A stretch of 64,000 bases of DNA. Source: Octopus bimaculoides. Lineage: Eukaryota. The position numbers were made by a program, and so were the translations under genes. Shown here in pieces: positions 51,402-64,000 of this stretch. The stretch spans positions 57,109,665-57,173,664 of the forward strand of contig NC_068989.1 in NCBI RefSeq assembly GCF_001194135.2. The letters run 5' to 3'. How positions within the stretch are numbered: position 1 is the first letter of the stretch; every line of letters begins with the position of its first letter. The notes under the pieces are model-generated. The model was not told the DNA's origin, did not search any database, and saw only the letters and a list, made by a program, of their open reading frames with translations.

Positions 51402-52384
51402 TTTTGATCCATATATATATGGGCTTCTTTGAATTTCTGTTTTCCAAATAGACAAAAAAGGCTGTAGTCTGGCTGAGTCTATTGTAGACAATACTTGCCC
51501 AAGGTGTCATAGAATGCCATATACGTACATAGATACGCGCGCACGCGCGCGCACGCGCGCGCTCACACGTGTATATATTTATATCAATCATACCTCTTAC
51601 TTTTGACATATAGTATTGTCTCTAGAGAGCGTTTCAAAGGCTTGTTTTTGACTTCATGTTCCTACTGACATTACGGACAAATGATTAATTAGACAGTTAC
51701 CAATTCTCCAGCCACACACTCATGCACACACGCATACCCTGACAAATACATGCATTGACAGATACACCATATAAAATGTAATAAATTAGGTATTAAATTG
51801 ACACGATCTTGGCGTTAACACCTAAGATCGCTCATATTTTTGTTTTGACTCAAGTCAGCTAGATAATTAGCAAAGGTGTTCAAGGCACGACAAACCCAGA
51901 ATTTTTGCGAGCATCGCATATCTAGGAGAACATTAAGCAAAGTATCATTAAGCCTTTCAAGGTGGTAAAATGTAATTTGAGTAAAATTTCGTTGTTATTT
52001 CTACCATTTAGAATTACTGTGTTGTGGTTCTAGAAGCTTCGTGGAGAGCCGAAGAGCAGAGTGAATAAACAGTATGATCAATTGAGAAAATCGTTCCGTG
52101 TGGGATCACCCTGCCCTTTTTATCGAAGTGGTAGACCTCTAAGTTGGTCGTTCGAACAGCAGCAATATTCTTACCGTATTGTGCTAAAAAAAAAGGAAAG
52201 GCACATGAAATAATATATTCCTAGATATACTATTACCAATTTGATACGTTTCCATAGAGGAGCACGAACTCATGATAATTTAATTTAACTGATCCCCTCT
52301 GTTAATTAGCAAACTTGAAAGATAGTATTTATATTTCAGATTGTATTGGTCTATATAACTGAGGTGTTTCGATCTTGATGATAC

Positions 52385-52447
<63 letters not shown>

Positions 52448-53206
52448 GCTTCAGGTGATTCTTAATCAAAGAGTTATACGATCAAAGTCGTTTTCATTTT
52501 CGACTTCAATCGTTTTTTCAGTTAACATTTCATCTATCATTCTCTCCTTTCTCATTTTTCTTGTAACTCTATCCAAGTTCAAAGTTCTTTATAAGAATAT
52601 TCCTGATTGGCACTTATTTTATCGATCTTTGAAGGATGGCAAGCAAAACAGATCTCAGCAGATTTTGAACTCAGGACAACCCTTTCGATACCAACTTGCC
52701 TGAGACCGCCCCCTGGCACTGTGGTATAGACATCTTGTTTTCAAGAGTCCTCAGTTACAATTTTTCATCAGCACTTAATGTTAATTTATGCTCTAAACAC
52801 CACTTAACAATGATTAAGTTATTTTACTAAATTTTTCATTATTTTCAAAATTAATTGAAGTGAGGCTATTTTATAATTAAATGCTACAAGGCATTATGTC
52901 CGATACTCTAACGATTCTGTCAATCCCTCATCAACTTGTTTAACACATGAATTTTCATTTGAATGACATTTAACATCTATTCTTAACAAATCGAGCGACC
53001 ACGTAACAAATCGCTTATTGTTGCTATTGCTGATTAGTCCTAGGTCAGTTTTAATCGAGAAGATTCATGTGCGTAGCGCTCCATTTGTAACCATCTAGTT
53101 TTTGTTTCTTTCTTACAGTGCTTTCGATCGCATAATCTTATGTTTTCTTCCATTTTTTAAGATGATAAGTGTGATTTGAGGAAGATTTGGCAGCCACTTC
53201 GGTATT

Positions 53207-53244
53207 TGTAGCCGATGAAGCGTAACGATGCGGAAACGTACACA
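53207..53244 (+). ncRNA. Degenerate minimal hammerhead motif (U4C)
   Basis: UGUAG-CCGAUGA-A-GCGU(AACG)AUGC-G-GAAA-CGU-A-CACA: ACGU helix III, GUA triplet, 4-bp helix II, bulged helix I. Confidence 0.45.
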
Positions 53245-54024
53245 TCTTCCGAGCCAAGATATCAATGATATGTTTTCTCACATATTGTCTATGAGGCAAA
53301 TTTTCTCCCGAGCCTATTTCCGCAGCGAAAGGTATTTCCACGTCCGTATACACACGAATGTACTAAATATGATTGTGCAAGCGTATATTTTATTCAACGC
53401 TGCCTTGTGTGCCTCTAGTTAAATAACTCCTAATGTTTTTGTATTCGGTGTGTTGAGTGTGTTGTTTGATTGTATTTGAAGTTTCTTGCTGTTGGTTGGA
53501 TTTCGGAAGAGCTATCTTAATTGTGTTGTTGTAGAGCCAGGTTCCATGTGATTTAAATAGGCTTGAAATAGTTGTGACAGTGCGAGAAGAACGAAGGAGA
53601 GATGTGGGCATGTGAATTTAATTCCATCTGCGAATGAACCTATGTTCTACTGAATAGTGAAAAATCGAATGGATAAAAGAACGCTTTTCTGTAGTACTTT
53701 GTTGACGCTGACAGCAAGCCCCGCTCCTCCTTGCCTTGAGTACTACAGAAATATAGAAATAGTTGATCAAATAACTGAGAGGGTAAATGTCTGATATGAA
53801 ATATTTGGAGAGGATAATGCATATTAGTGATTCTGAATTTGAAGATTCGCCGGTATTCACTCCTCAGAAGAGCTGTTGTTGGCGAAACATTGAAATCAAA
53901 CTCCACCTGTATTACTGTGCTATAGTTAATTTTAAATTGTATTCGGTAAATGTTACTTGTTCCAAGCATGTGTGTATGTGTGTATTTATATATATGTATA
54001 TGTTTATGTGTGTGTCTCTTTGTT

Positions 54025-54200
54025 TGTGCTTGTCAGTCCACCATCGCTTGACAACCGATGCTGGTGTGCTTACGTCCCCGTAACATTAGTGGTTCAGCAA
54101 AAGAGACCGATAGAATAAGTACCAGGCTTACAAAGAATAAGTCCTGGGGTCGATTTTTTCGACTAAAACCCTGTCAAATGAGTGAAACAAGAAAAAGAAT
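54025..54200 (+). mobile_element. SINE family B, 3' half
   Basis: ccaccatcgcttgacaaccgatgctggtgtg.ttacgtccccgtaac..gagaccgatagaataagtaccaggcttacaaagaataagtcctggggtcga. Confidence 0.88.
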
Positions 54201-54204
54201 AAAA

Positions 54205-54242
<38 letters not shown>

Positions 54243-54274
54243 TCAAAATAAGCAACAAGGATGTCCAGAGGTAA

Positions 54275-54360
54275 TGCAGTACGACCGTTTCATGCAACTC
54301 CATTTAATTGAACGATGCAACGATTACATCAATTTAAATACTGAGCACTCCTCAGCTGCA
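54275..54360 (-). ncRNA. Type I hammerhead ribozyme with extended helix II, intact core
   Basis: UGCAG-CUGAGGA-GUGC..~50-nt hairpin..GCAU-GAAA-CGGUCGU-A-CUGCA: full core, 5-bp helix I, self-complementary helix III (ACGGUCGU), GUA triplet; predicted cut between 54280 and 54279. Confidence 0.75.
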
Positions 54361-54609
54361 CAAAGACATAGAATTTAATTAAATTAGAACAGATGGACAC
54401 ATTAGCATAATTATACCTAAAATCTCCAAGAAGTTAAGGAGATAGACAAAGTACATGCTGCCTTCACTCCAGCATAGAAGCTACTATAGCTTCTATGCTG
54501 GAGTGAAGGCAGCATGTACTTTGTCTATCTCCCTGACGTCTTGGAGATTTTAGGTATAATTATGTTAATGTGTCCATCTGTTTTACTTTAATTAAATTCT
54601 ATGTCTTTG

Positions 54610-54695
54610 TGCAGCTGAGGATTGCTCAGCATTTAAATTGATGTAATGATTGCATTGTTCAATTAAATGGAGTTGCATGAAACGATCGTACTGCA
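54610..54695 (+). ncRNA. Type I hammerhead ribozyme with extended helix II, U.U at 10.1-11.1
   Basis: UGCAG-CUGAGGA-UUGC..GCAU-GAAA-CGAUCGU-A-CUGCA; helix III is the perfect palindrome ACGAUCGU; first helix II pair mismatched. Confidence 0.7.
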
Positions 54696-54842
54696 TTACC
54701 TCTGGATATCCTTGTTACTTATTTTGATTTTAATCATCTTACTTTGAAATTGTATGGATAATACCGTACTAAATTCTGGTGCCTCAACCTAAGTACCAAT
54801 TCAACTGAATCTAAATTTTGTTGAACTCATCTACCATACCCA

Positions 54843-54893
<51 letters not shown>

Positions 54894-54934
54894 CACACAC
54901 ACACACACACTCACACACACATATATATACGACG

Positions 54935-55078
54935 GGTTTCTTTCAGTTTTTCGTCTACCAGATGCACTCACATGATCGGCCCGAGACTATAGTAGAAGAC
55001 ACTTGCCCAAAGGGCCACGCAGTGGAACAGAACCCGGAACTATGTGGTTGGGAAGCAAGCTTCTTATCACACAGCCAC
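54935..55078 (-). mobile_element. SINE family B, 5' half
   Basis: acgacgggtttctttcagttt.cgtctacca..atcggcccgagactatagtagaagacacttgcccaa..cagtgg.ac.gaacccggaac..tggttgggaagcaagcttctt. Confidence 0.9.
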
Positions 55079-55199
55079 AGCTGATTGTGTGTGTATATAT
55101 GTATCTAGATATACACCTACACCCTCGCGATTGCAAGCACACGTAAACGCGCACACACTCATATAATCAATATCTATATATAAATATATAAGCATATTG

Positions 55200-55610
55200 C
55201 TATGTAGTAAGAAGTGTGCCTCCCAATCACTTTGTTCAGGGTTCAAACCCACTGCGTGACACCCTAGGCAAATATCTTATGCAATAATCTTGGGCAGACC
55301 AAAGCTTTGCGAGTTGATTTGGTAGAAGGAAATTGAAAGAAGCCCGTCCTATATGTAAATATATATATATATGTAATATGTGTGCGTGCGTGTATGTGTG
55401 TGCGTTTGTGCTTGTGTGTGTGTTTTGGTCTCTCTTGGTGTCTGTGTTAACAGCGCTTGTCAACCGGTGCTTGTGTGTTTATATCCCCGTAACAGCAGTT
55501 CCAATAGAATAAGTACCAAGCTTTGTAAAAATAAGTGTTGGGTCGAAATATTCAACTAAAAAAATTCTTCAAGGCGGTGCCCCAACATGGCAGCAGTCTG
55601 ATGACCAAAA
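55200..55610 (+). mobile_element. SINE family B, near full length
   Basis: gtaagaagtgtgcctcccaa..gggttcaaacccactgcg..gaaattgaaagaagcccgtc..(TG)..aatagaataagtacc..aggcggtgccccaacatggcagcagtc. Confidence 0.85.
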
Positions 55611-56721
55611 TTATTAATACACACACACACAGTTATGAGCTGTGAAGTTACATACGTACCTCGTATACAGAGACGTTCGTGTTCTGCATTTATATGTATA
55701 CGTGCAATTCATAATCTTGGTCCTTCACTCACGTAACTTTACAACCGCTGGATATGTGTAGTGCGTTTGTGCGTGTCTATACGTGTGGAAGTAGATGGAT
55801 CACCGATAAAGTAGTTATCTCACTTCTCTTTCACACGCACCTGTACACATATACACATGTGGACACACGCACTCACACACTCACACACTCACACACACAC
55901 ACACTTGCATATTCTCCTCTCTATCTCTCATTCCATGTACGCCAACACTCATACACACACACGAAGACACAGACACAGATACACACACACACATACATAC
56001 ACACACTGTCTGTCTCACATTCAATTTACACCAACACACACACACGCACACTGTTGTATGTACATTCTCTGTCTTTAATTTAATAAACACACACGCACAC
56101 ACACATACCCGCGCACACGCGTACATTCACTGCATATACGCACGCTTTCTGCCTCACATTGAATATACAGTGTACCACGTACACACACGCTACATTCACA
56201 CGCACACACACACTCACACTCGCACACGCTTTCTTTCTGTCTCATTCAATATACCACAGCACTTCCACACACACATTTTCTATTTCTCATATCACACAAA
56301 CATACAACATACACGCTCACTCACACACGCGCACACACGCACACACACATACACACACATACACACACACACACACATACACACATACACACGCACACAC
56401 ACACACACACAATATTTTCCCCTCGAATATGCTGGTCTGTCCGTCTGTCATTTCACACACGGTGTTCTGTTGTATTGAAAATACCCGCCAACGTTACAGT
56501 AGGCTTTTTAATTTTTCTTTTTTCAATCGCTTTAATTTATGATATAAACAATGGACGCTATAGTACGATATCTTTCGAGTCCATCAACGAAGGGTGTTTC
56601 ATTTTGGAACCTATTTCACTATTTATCTATTTACCCGGCAATCGAACCTGGCTGGAAATTTCGTTACGTTTTGAGTACACTCTTTCTCTGTACACTACTG
56701 TTTATGTAGAATGCTTTAGAT

Positions 56722-57211
56722 CAGAGGTTCACAAACTTCTTATACCATCGGCCCTTCCATGGAATCGTTGACCCCCGCATTGACCCCACCCACCAAGTAA
56801 ATTACTTGAGCAAAATTAAACCTAGAATTTATATTAACAATTCTGAATATAAGCATTAGTAAATCCTGCAACCTTTTGAATCATTACCGCTTTATAATAA
56901 GAAATATTTAAAGAAATTTCATGAAAATACTTGAGGAAAATTGAAAAAGAATGTCACATTATATTGATATAGCTGAAATATTTAATGTGAAATATGTATT
57001 TGGTGAATACTAGTTAATACAACGATAATTGGCTGGAATTAGTGAGTTTTATAATAGCCTTGAATTACCGCGCACTTCTAGATTCAATTCGCTTATAATT
57101 CAGCACGCCTAATGTTCAAAATCGTTTTAGGTGTCCATCGACCCCTCCGGTAGACACATATATAACTCATCCACCCTCAGAGGTTATTATTGACCGGTTT
57201 AACGACCCCTG
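56722..57211 (+). mobile_element. hAT-type MITE, 490 bp, with 8-bp target site duplication
   Basis: Termini cagaggttcacaaac ... gtttaacgacccctg (imperfect CAGGGGT-type TIR); flanks ctttagat (56714-56721) and ttttagat (57212-57219). Confidence 0.7.
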
Positions 57212-57833
57212 TTTTAGATTATTAACCGAGCTTAAATCATTTGAGATAGTTTTATCCTAGAACTTTAAAAATTGCATAGCTTCCATTGGAAAACGAACCT
57301 GAAAATCGAATGATGAATATTGAATTGGGTGAGAAGGAAAATGTGGTATATAGAAATATTATAGTCCCTGGTGTCATTTTACTCCGTGTCATCTTCTATT
57401 CAGCAGATATTTAACCAAATGCGCTCTAGCCGTGACCATCCATTATTTCTAAGCTAAATTATTAAATGTGTATTTTTCTGTTTAGAGATGGTAGGGTGTG
57501 ATTTGAGAGAGATATGGTTATTTTTTCTAGCATATCAAGCGACGACGTAAAGGATTTCTAGTTGGCTTGAGAAATAAAGGAGGGGAGAAGGAGAAGGAGG
57601 AAGAATAAATGAAATAGGTGAAGTTGAGAAGAGTATATTGATAGAGAGAAGAAAAGAGAGAATGGGAGGAGAGAAAAAGAGAGAAGACAAAGTGAGGCGA
57701 AGAGACAGAGGAAGAAACAACTAGACAGAGAATAAATAATGTAGTGAGGAGAGACAAAGGTAAGGTAGGAAGACTTACATTAGTAGTTATACGTATGTAA
57801 TTATAGAGATAAAACTAGTTTATATACACTCGA

Positions 57834-57873
<40 letters not shown>

Positions 57874-58018
57874 TATATACATACACAGAAATTCGTGTAT
57901 TGAGTTCTCGTTTGCAAAAGAACGATAGATAGATAGATAGATAGATTGATTGATAGATATAGAATGAATTAAGTAGGTAGATATATAAATACGTATGTGA
58001 GTGGGTGGGAGTGCGTGA

Positions 58019-58062
<44 letters not shown>

Positions 58063-58132
58063 GGATGTGTATGACTGTGTATATGTATGTACGTATAGGC
58101 AGATAGACAGACAGGCACATAGATAGATAGAT

Positions 58133-58241
<109 letters not shown>

Positions 58242-59892
58242 TAGACAGACAGACAGAGAGGTGGGGGTGATAGGTAGATGGATTGATAGTTAGCGATTGG
58301 TGTTGTTAATTTCCAGGTCAGCTCTGAAGAAGTAGACCCATGATCAAATGCATTTGAGTTTGGCTGCTATTTCCAACAGGTCGAGCGACCAGGTAAAGAC
58401 TTCCTTACAGGCTCGTAGTAAGCTGATGGATTGTATTTAATATTATGGGTTCGGTGTGATTCGATTTGTGTGTGTTGCCGGTATACATAGTAGTATATGT
58501 ATGTATGTATGTATGTGTTAGATGAGAGTGAGGCGGAGAGAGGGAGAGAATGTAACAATAAGACAGAAAGAGAGAGTAAAAATGTAAGATGGAAGAAGAG
58601 AGACTGATGAAAATAAAGAAAGGAAACATGAAAAACACGGTCAGCGTGCGAGAAACGATGTGGAGGACGTATGACAAAAACAGATAAACACATCGGAAAC
58701 AGAAAGAGACAAAGCGAACGAGAGAGGAAAAAGCGAAGGAAAGAGAGAGAAATAAAGCGAGAGACAGAGAGAGGAAATCTGAACAGGAAAAGCGTTTCAT
58801 GGGTGTATGCAGGAAGGATGAAAGCGAAACATGTAACGGTCGTGTGCGTGGTATGTAGTTTGTCCAGGCTACGAAGAACGGAACTCTTGTTCTTCCTTCC
58901 ACATTGCCTCGCCACAGCCTAATGGGTGGGCAGAGTAAATACAACAGGAAGATCTTTACAGGAAGGGACAAACCTCAGAAGAACACGCTGGAATTTTCGC
59001 CACTGCACAACAACAAATTTACAAATATATATATATAGAAGAAATAACAGTTACATAGCCACCACGCGATCGTGCGAGCTAATCAAAAATTTATATATAT
59101 ATATATTTACATATATATGAAATATATGTATAAAGAGCGATGTACACTCTTTTGGATATTTATGGAGATAACTTAAAATTATGCATCCTGCAGGTAGGTA
59201 GTTTGAATTTTGTTCCTACCGAAAAAAACGTGTGGAATACTGGAGTATATACACACACTCATATATACTTACATAAGTACGTATATACATATACGTACAC
59301 ACACAAACACACACACATATATATGTTCTGTGTGTATTATGTAGATTGCAACTATGTATTGTGTAGATATACATGGTATGTGTGCGCATTTATACGTGTA
59401 TATACAATGTATAGATGAGTACGGTGTGTATGTGATAAATCAGCTGAAATATAGATTTTTACCATGTTTTACCCACATCAACAGACATACATACAAACAT
59501 ACATGCATACATACATATGTGTGTGTGTATTCATACTTACTTTCATTCGCGTGTTCATCCACCCGCCCGGACACGTACACACACAGACACACGCACAGAC
59601 ACACACACACACAAACACATACACATATGCAGACACGCGCACACAAACATCTATACACGCACGTGCACCCTGCTAAATATGCACGGACTTATATACACCA
59701 AAGCATACAGACATACACGTAAAACCATAAAACGTATATATTGATTTTTATATCAGCATGCAATCATACATATAAATAAAGCTCCTTTTTTTAAAATCAT
59801 ATATGCATATAAACATAAGTATGTACGACTGTATGTATGTATATAAACATAAATATGAATGTATGTATAATGCACCTAGCTAGCTATGTATG

Positions 59893-60092
<200 letters not shown>

Positions 60093-60584
60093 TGACTTCT
60101 AAGATTTAAATGATGTTACATCCATTTTCATTTGTATCGTCACATTTAAGAATTATATTCATAATTTACATATACAAAATATATACTTGAAATCACACAC
60201 AACACGCACACGCGTACACATACGCACATATAGTTCATGTCAGTATCTGTATTAATATAAACTCAGATGTTTTGATTTTTTTTTGCTTCACACATTTGTA
60301 AGGTAAAAACTATGGAAGCCCATAGATATCTATATTAACACAACAACGTACATGTACACATGTACGTACTTACACATACACGTCTGTTTAGTAAATGTGA
60401 AGCTACATAAGTGACTCAAGGACCTAGATTTCGTACCAACCACTTGCTAAAGCAGCATGCTCTGCTGTCACTCCTTCAGTTCACTACGAAATAACAATAA
60501 TATCGAGCTACATTTTGTGTATTGAGTTCTCACTCTCTTGCTCCTCAATACTTATGTATTTCATTTCAGGGTGCTTGCACGTAC

Positions 60585-60780
<196 letters not shown>

Positions 60781-61294
60781 ATAGATATACACAAACACAT
60801 ACATGTACAAACATGTGAAGGTGTGTATACATAGGCATATATGTATATACACACATGTATATATGCATATATATATACATGCACGTACATATATGTTTTA
60901 TGTATGTGTATAAATATGTTTGTATATGTGCGTATGTATATATCTTTGTCTATCTCTCTCGCTTTCNNNNNNNNNNNNNNNNNNNNNNNNNNNNNNNNNN
61001 NNNNNNNNNNNNNNNNNNNNNNNNNNNNNNNNNNNNNNNNNNNNNNNNNNNNNNNNNNNNNNNNNNNNNNNNNNNNNNNNNNNNNNNNNNNNNNNNNNNN
61101 NNNNNNNNNNNNNNNNNNNNNNNNNNNNNNNNNNNNNNNNNNNNNNNNNNNNNNNNNNNNNNNNNNNNNNNNNNNNNNNNNNNNNNNNNNNNNNNNNNNN
61201 NNNNNNNNNNNNNNNNNNNNNNNNNNNNNNNNNNNNNNNNNNNNNNNNNNNNNNNNNNNNNNNNNNNNNNNNNNNNNNNNNNNNNNNNNNNNNN

Positions 61295-61387
<93 letters not shown>

Positions 61388-61897
61388 CGCGTGCGTAAAA
61401 TGCCAGCTTACGATAAAGCACAGCTAAACATACAACTTGCAAGACGATCGATTTTCTTTCACATAATGTGGCTTCGAGTTCAAGGTTTGTTGATAGAAAA
61501 CTATCTATCTATCTATCTATCTAGTTATCTGTCAGTCGGTCTGTCTATCTGTCTGTCTATTGGTTTGCGTGTCTGCATTCATTGTTTCTGTTTCTCTGTC
61601 TCTCAGCTGTCTCTCTGTCTTTCTCTACGTTTGTCTCTCTATTTCTCTGCCTGTCTATCAGCTCTCTCTACAGAAATATATCGACGGATGTCTGGTTGTT
61701 GTAAACGCTTTATGTACGTATATCTTTACGAAACCTGTCAGCGTGTTTAAATACTGTGAATGCATGTACAGTTTTGCAAAGCGAGTTTTAAGTGTTTAGA
61801 AAACTATGAACGCATGCGAGTATGTATATTAGTGTGCGTGTATACATACATAAAAATGCATACACACACATACATACACACGCATACACACATACAA

Positions 61898-61943
<46 letters not shown>

Positions 61944-62406
61944 CTGCAGTTTAACCCATCACATGACGGGTAATTTTGGAAGTACACTTTTGCCGCCATA
62001 ATATCTAAAATCATGGCCTACATGTAATAATTTTAATTCATTTTTCATCCAAATTTTTTCACATTATACTATCGAAACAAGACATGTTTTACTTTAAAAT
62101 GATATTTAAGGAAACCAAGTTTCTTATTTGCAATAAATGCATGTTTTATGTTTTTCTAAATTCTATCAACGCATTTTTACACCATTGAAAACTTATCTCG
62201 GGAGAAAAATGAGATTTTTCAGAAATTTCTCATTGCCTGCCATCAAGCCTCGTATGTGCATTCATTCTGTACCTCTTACGTTAACTCTCTCTGTATCTCC
62301 CTCCCACTCCCTGTCTTTATAGACTGTAAAGCATGAACTTAGCCAAGTAGTCAACCAACGTTTATACCGGCTAATTAATATGTGTATGTGTGTGTGTGTG
62401 TGGAAT

Positions 62407-62600
62407 GTGAGCTGGCAGAATCGTTAGCCTGCCGGGCAAAATGCTTAGCGGCATTTCGTCCGTCCTCACGTCCTGAGTTCAAATTTCTCGGAGGTTGACT
62501 TTGCTTTTCATCCTTTCGGGAGTCGATAAAATAAGTACCAGTTGAGCACTGGGGTAAATATGATCGACTTGTCCCCTCCCTTAAAGTTTCAAGCCACGAG
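62407..62600 (+). mobile_element. SINE family A, full length
   Basis: gagctggcagaatcgttagc..gccgggcaaaatgcttagcggcatttcgtccgtc..ctgagttcaaattt..gaggttgactttgcttttcatcctttcggg.gtcgataaaataagtaccagttgagcactgggg. Confidence 0.92.
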
Positions 62601-62977
62601 TGTTATAGTAGAAAGATTTGAATATATCGATAAATACGTGCAGATATGAAAGGGCAGAATTACATCATATATGTGTGTGCGCGTCTGTGTGTGTACATGT
62701 ATAAACGCACGCATTTAACCTACAAGTGAGGGTAGTACTGTAAACTGTGGCGATGACAACTGGTCCAGGAGATGGGGAATTGTTACTGAAAAAGCCTTAG
62801 GTATGCTTTTTATTAAGTTTGTGGCAGATAATTTCATCAACTTCTGCTATCAGCATTTCTAAAATATGTCGCTGGCCATTCCTACGCAATCCTTCAGCAG
62901 TGAAAACAGACCATCTCTGTGGGTAGTCAGTGAAACAGCTGGCTTTTACAATTCACACTTTGAAATGCGTAAACACA

Positions 62978-63071
<94 letters not shown>

Positions 63072-63344
63072 ACACATGTACATATATTATCATACGCAGA
63101 ATGTCTGAACAATGAACACAATATATATGGCAGTGTATTGTGGCTCACCTTTCGGCATATTTATATTCCTCTTCTACATGATTTTGTCATCCGCGCATAT
63201 CGTGGAAGTATAATTGTTTGCTGAGTTGCAATTCTAGAAAACCTAGCAACATATTTCAGGAAGTAGAAGCAACAACAGAAAAATATTATGAGTGTGATCA
63301 CTGGATCTCACCTTAAGCTTAATATTTTATTTATGCTTTAAGGT

Positions 63345-63510
63345 GTGTCTACGTTCTGTTCAAATTCCGCCGAGGTCATCTTCACCATTCATCGTTTAGT
63401 GGTCGATAATATAAGTATCTATAGAACACTCGATAGAAACACTAGGGTAGATGTAACAGATTTATCCGTTCCCCTGAAACTGCTGGCTTTGTGCTAAAAT
63501 TTGAAATCAA
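63345..63510 (+). mobile_element. SINE family A, degraded
   Basis: acgttctgttcaaattccgccgaggtc..ttcatcgttt..ggtcgataatataagta. Confidence 0.7.
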
Positions 63511-63632
63511 TATTATATTTATGATGAATTTATCATATTTGGTGGGTGTGCATGTCTACCTCACACACTCAAAATAAACACCTCGTTCCAGATATGTCTG
63601 CGCGTGCGCATGTGTGTGTGTGTATGTATGTC

Positions 63633-63675
<43 letters not shown>

Positions 63676-63761
63676 NNNNNNNNNNNNNNNNNNNNNNNNN
63701 NNNNNNNNNNNNNNNNNNNNNNNNNNNNNNNNNNNNNNNNNNNNNNNNNNNNNNNNNNNNN

Positions 63762-63804
<43 letters not shown>

Positions 63805-63896
63805 GAGAATTTACGAAAAAAACAACAGACGAAGACAGGTGGTGTAAACAACAAAAACAAATGGATGTATTAGTTTAACGCTCGGGAATAGAGAAA

Positions 63897-63936
63897 GTCT
63901 TTGACGTTTCAAGCCTACGCTCTTCAATTGAAAGGA
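63897..63936 (-). ncRNA. Degenerate minimal hammerhead motif in a PLE-end-like element abutting (TA)n
   Basis: CUUU-CAAUUGA-A-GAGC(GUAG)GCUU-GAAA-CGU-C-AAAG; same scaffold as 28097 but 5' core eroded. Confidence 0.5.
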
Positions 63937-64000
63937 ACACAGAAAGAAATAAGGAGAGAAACAAGTAAAAAAAATATATAAATGTAGTGGTCAGCGATGT

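Larger units (their letters stand above)
54242..54728. repeat. 487-bp fold-back palindrome (242-bp arms, 3-nt loop) carrying two divergent hammerheads
   Basis: 54242-54483 is the reverse complement of 54487-54728, about 14 mismatches by manual count, inner ~50 bp perfect; left end abuts (TA)n. Confidence 0.98.

Noticed and set aside
61951-62330. Possible piggyBac-like MITE starting TTAACCC (similar hint at ~52678)
   Set aside because: No matching opposite terminus or TTAA duplication could be identified by eye.

Overview
AT-rich, microsatellite-dense eukaryotic DNA from a gapped draft assembly. The SINE families and repeat landscape resemble an Octopus genome (inference, not proven here). 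I found no confident host gene exon, rRNA, functional tRNA gene or CRISPR array; almost all supplied ORFs are translations of simple repeats or N-gaps. The window is a transposable-element graveyard: many tRNA-derived SINE copies, decayed non-LTR retrotransposons (CR1/L2-like, RTE-like, R4/Dong-like, HERO-like, L1/Tx1-like, Penelope-like), mariner and hAT remnants, and a 4.4-kb trinucleotide field. The main signal outside the ORF track is a set of type I hammerhead ribozyme (HHR) motifs of the minimal Penelope-associated kind. Two long fold-back palindromes (1453-1619 and 54242-54728) each hold a divergent pair of HHRs, at least one with an intact core. Further degenerate HHRs lie at 28097, 53207, 63897, possibly 8432, and in the tail of a tRNA-headed SINE at 50047. 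Several other long inverted repeats could form dsRNA if transcribed. All alignments and folds were done by eye.
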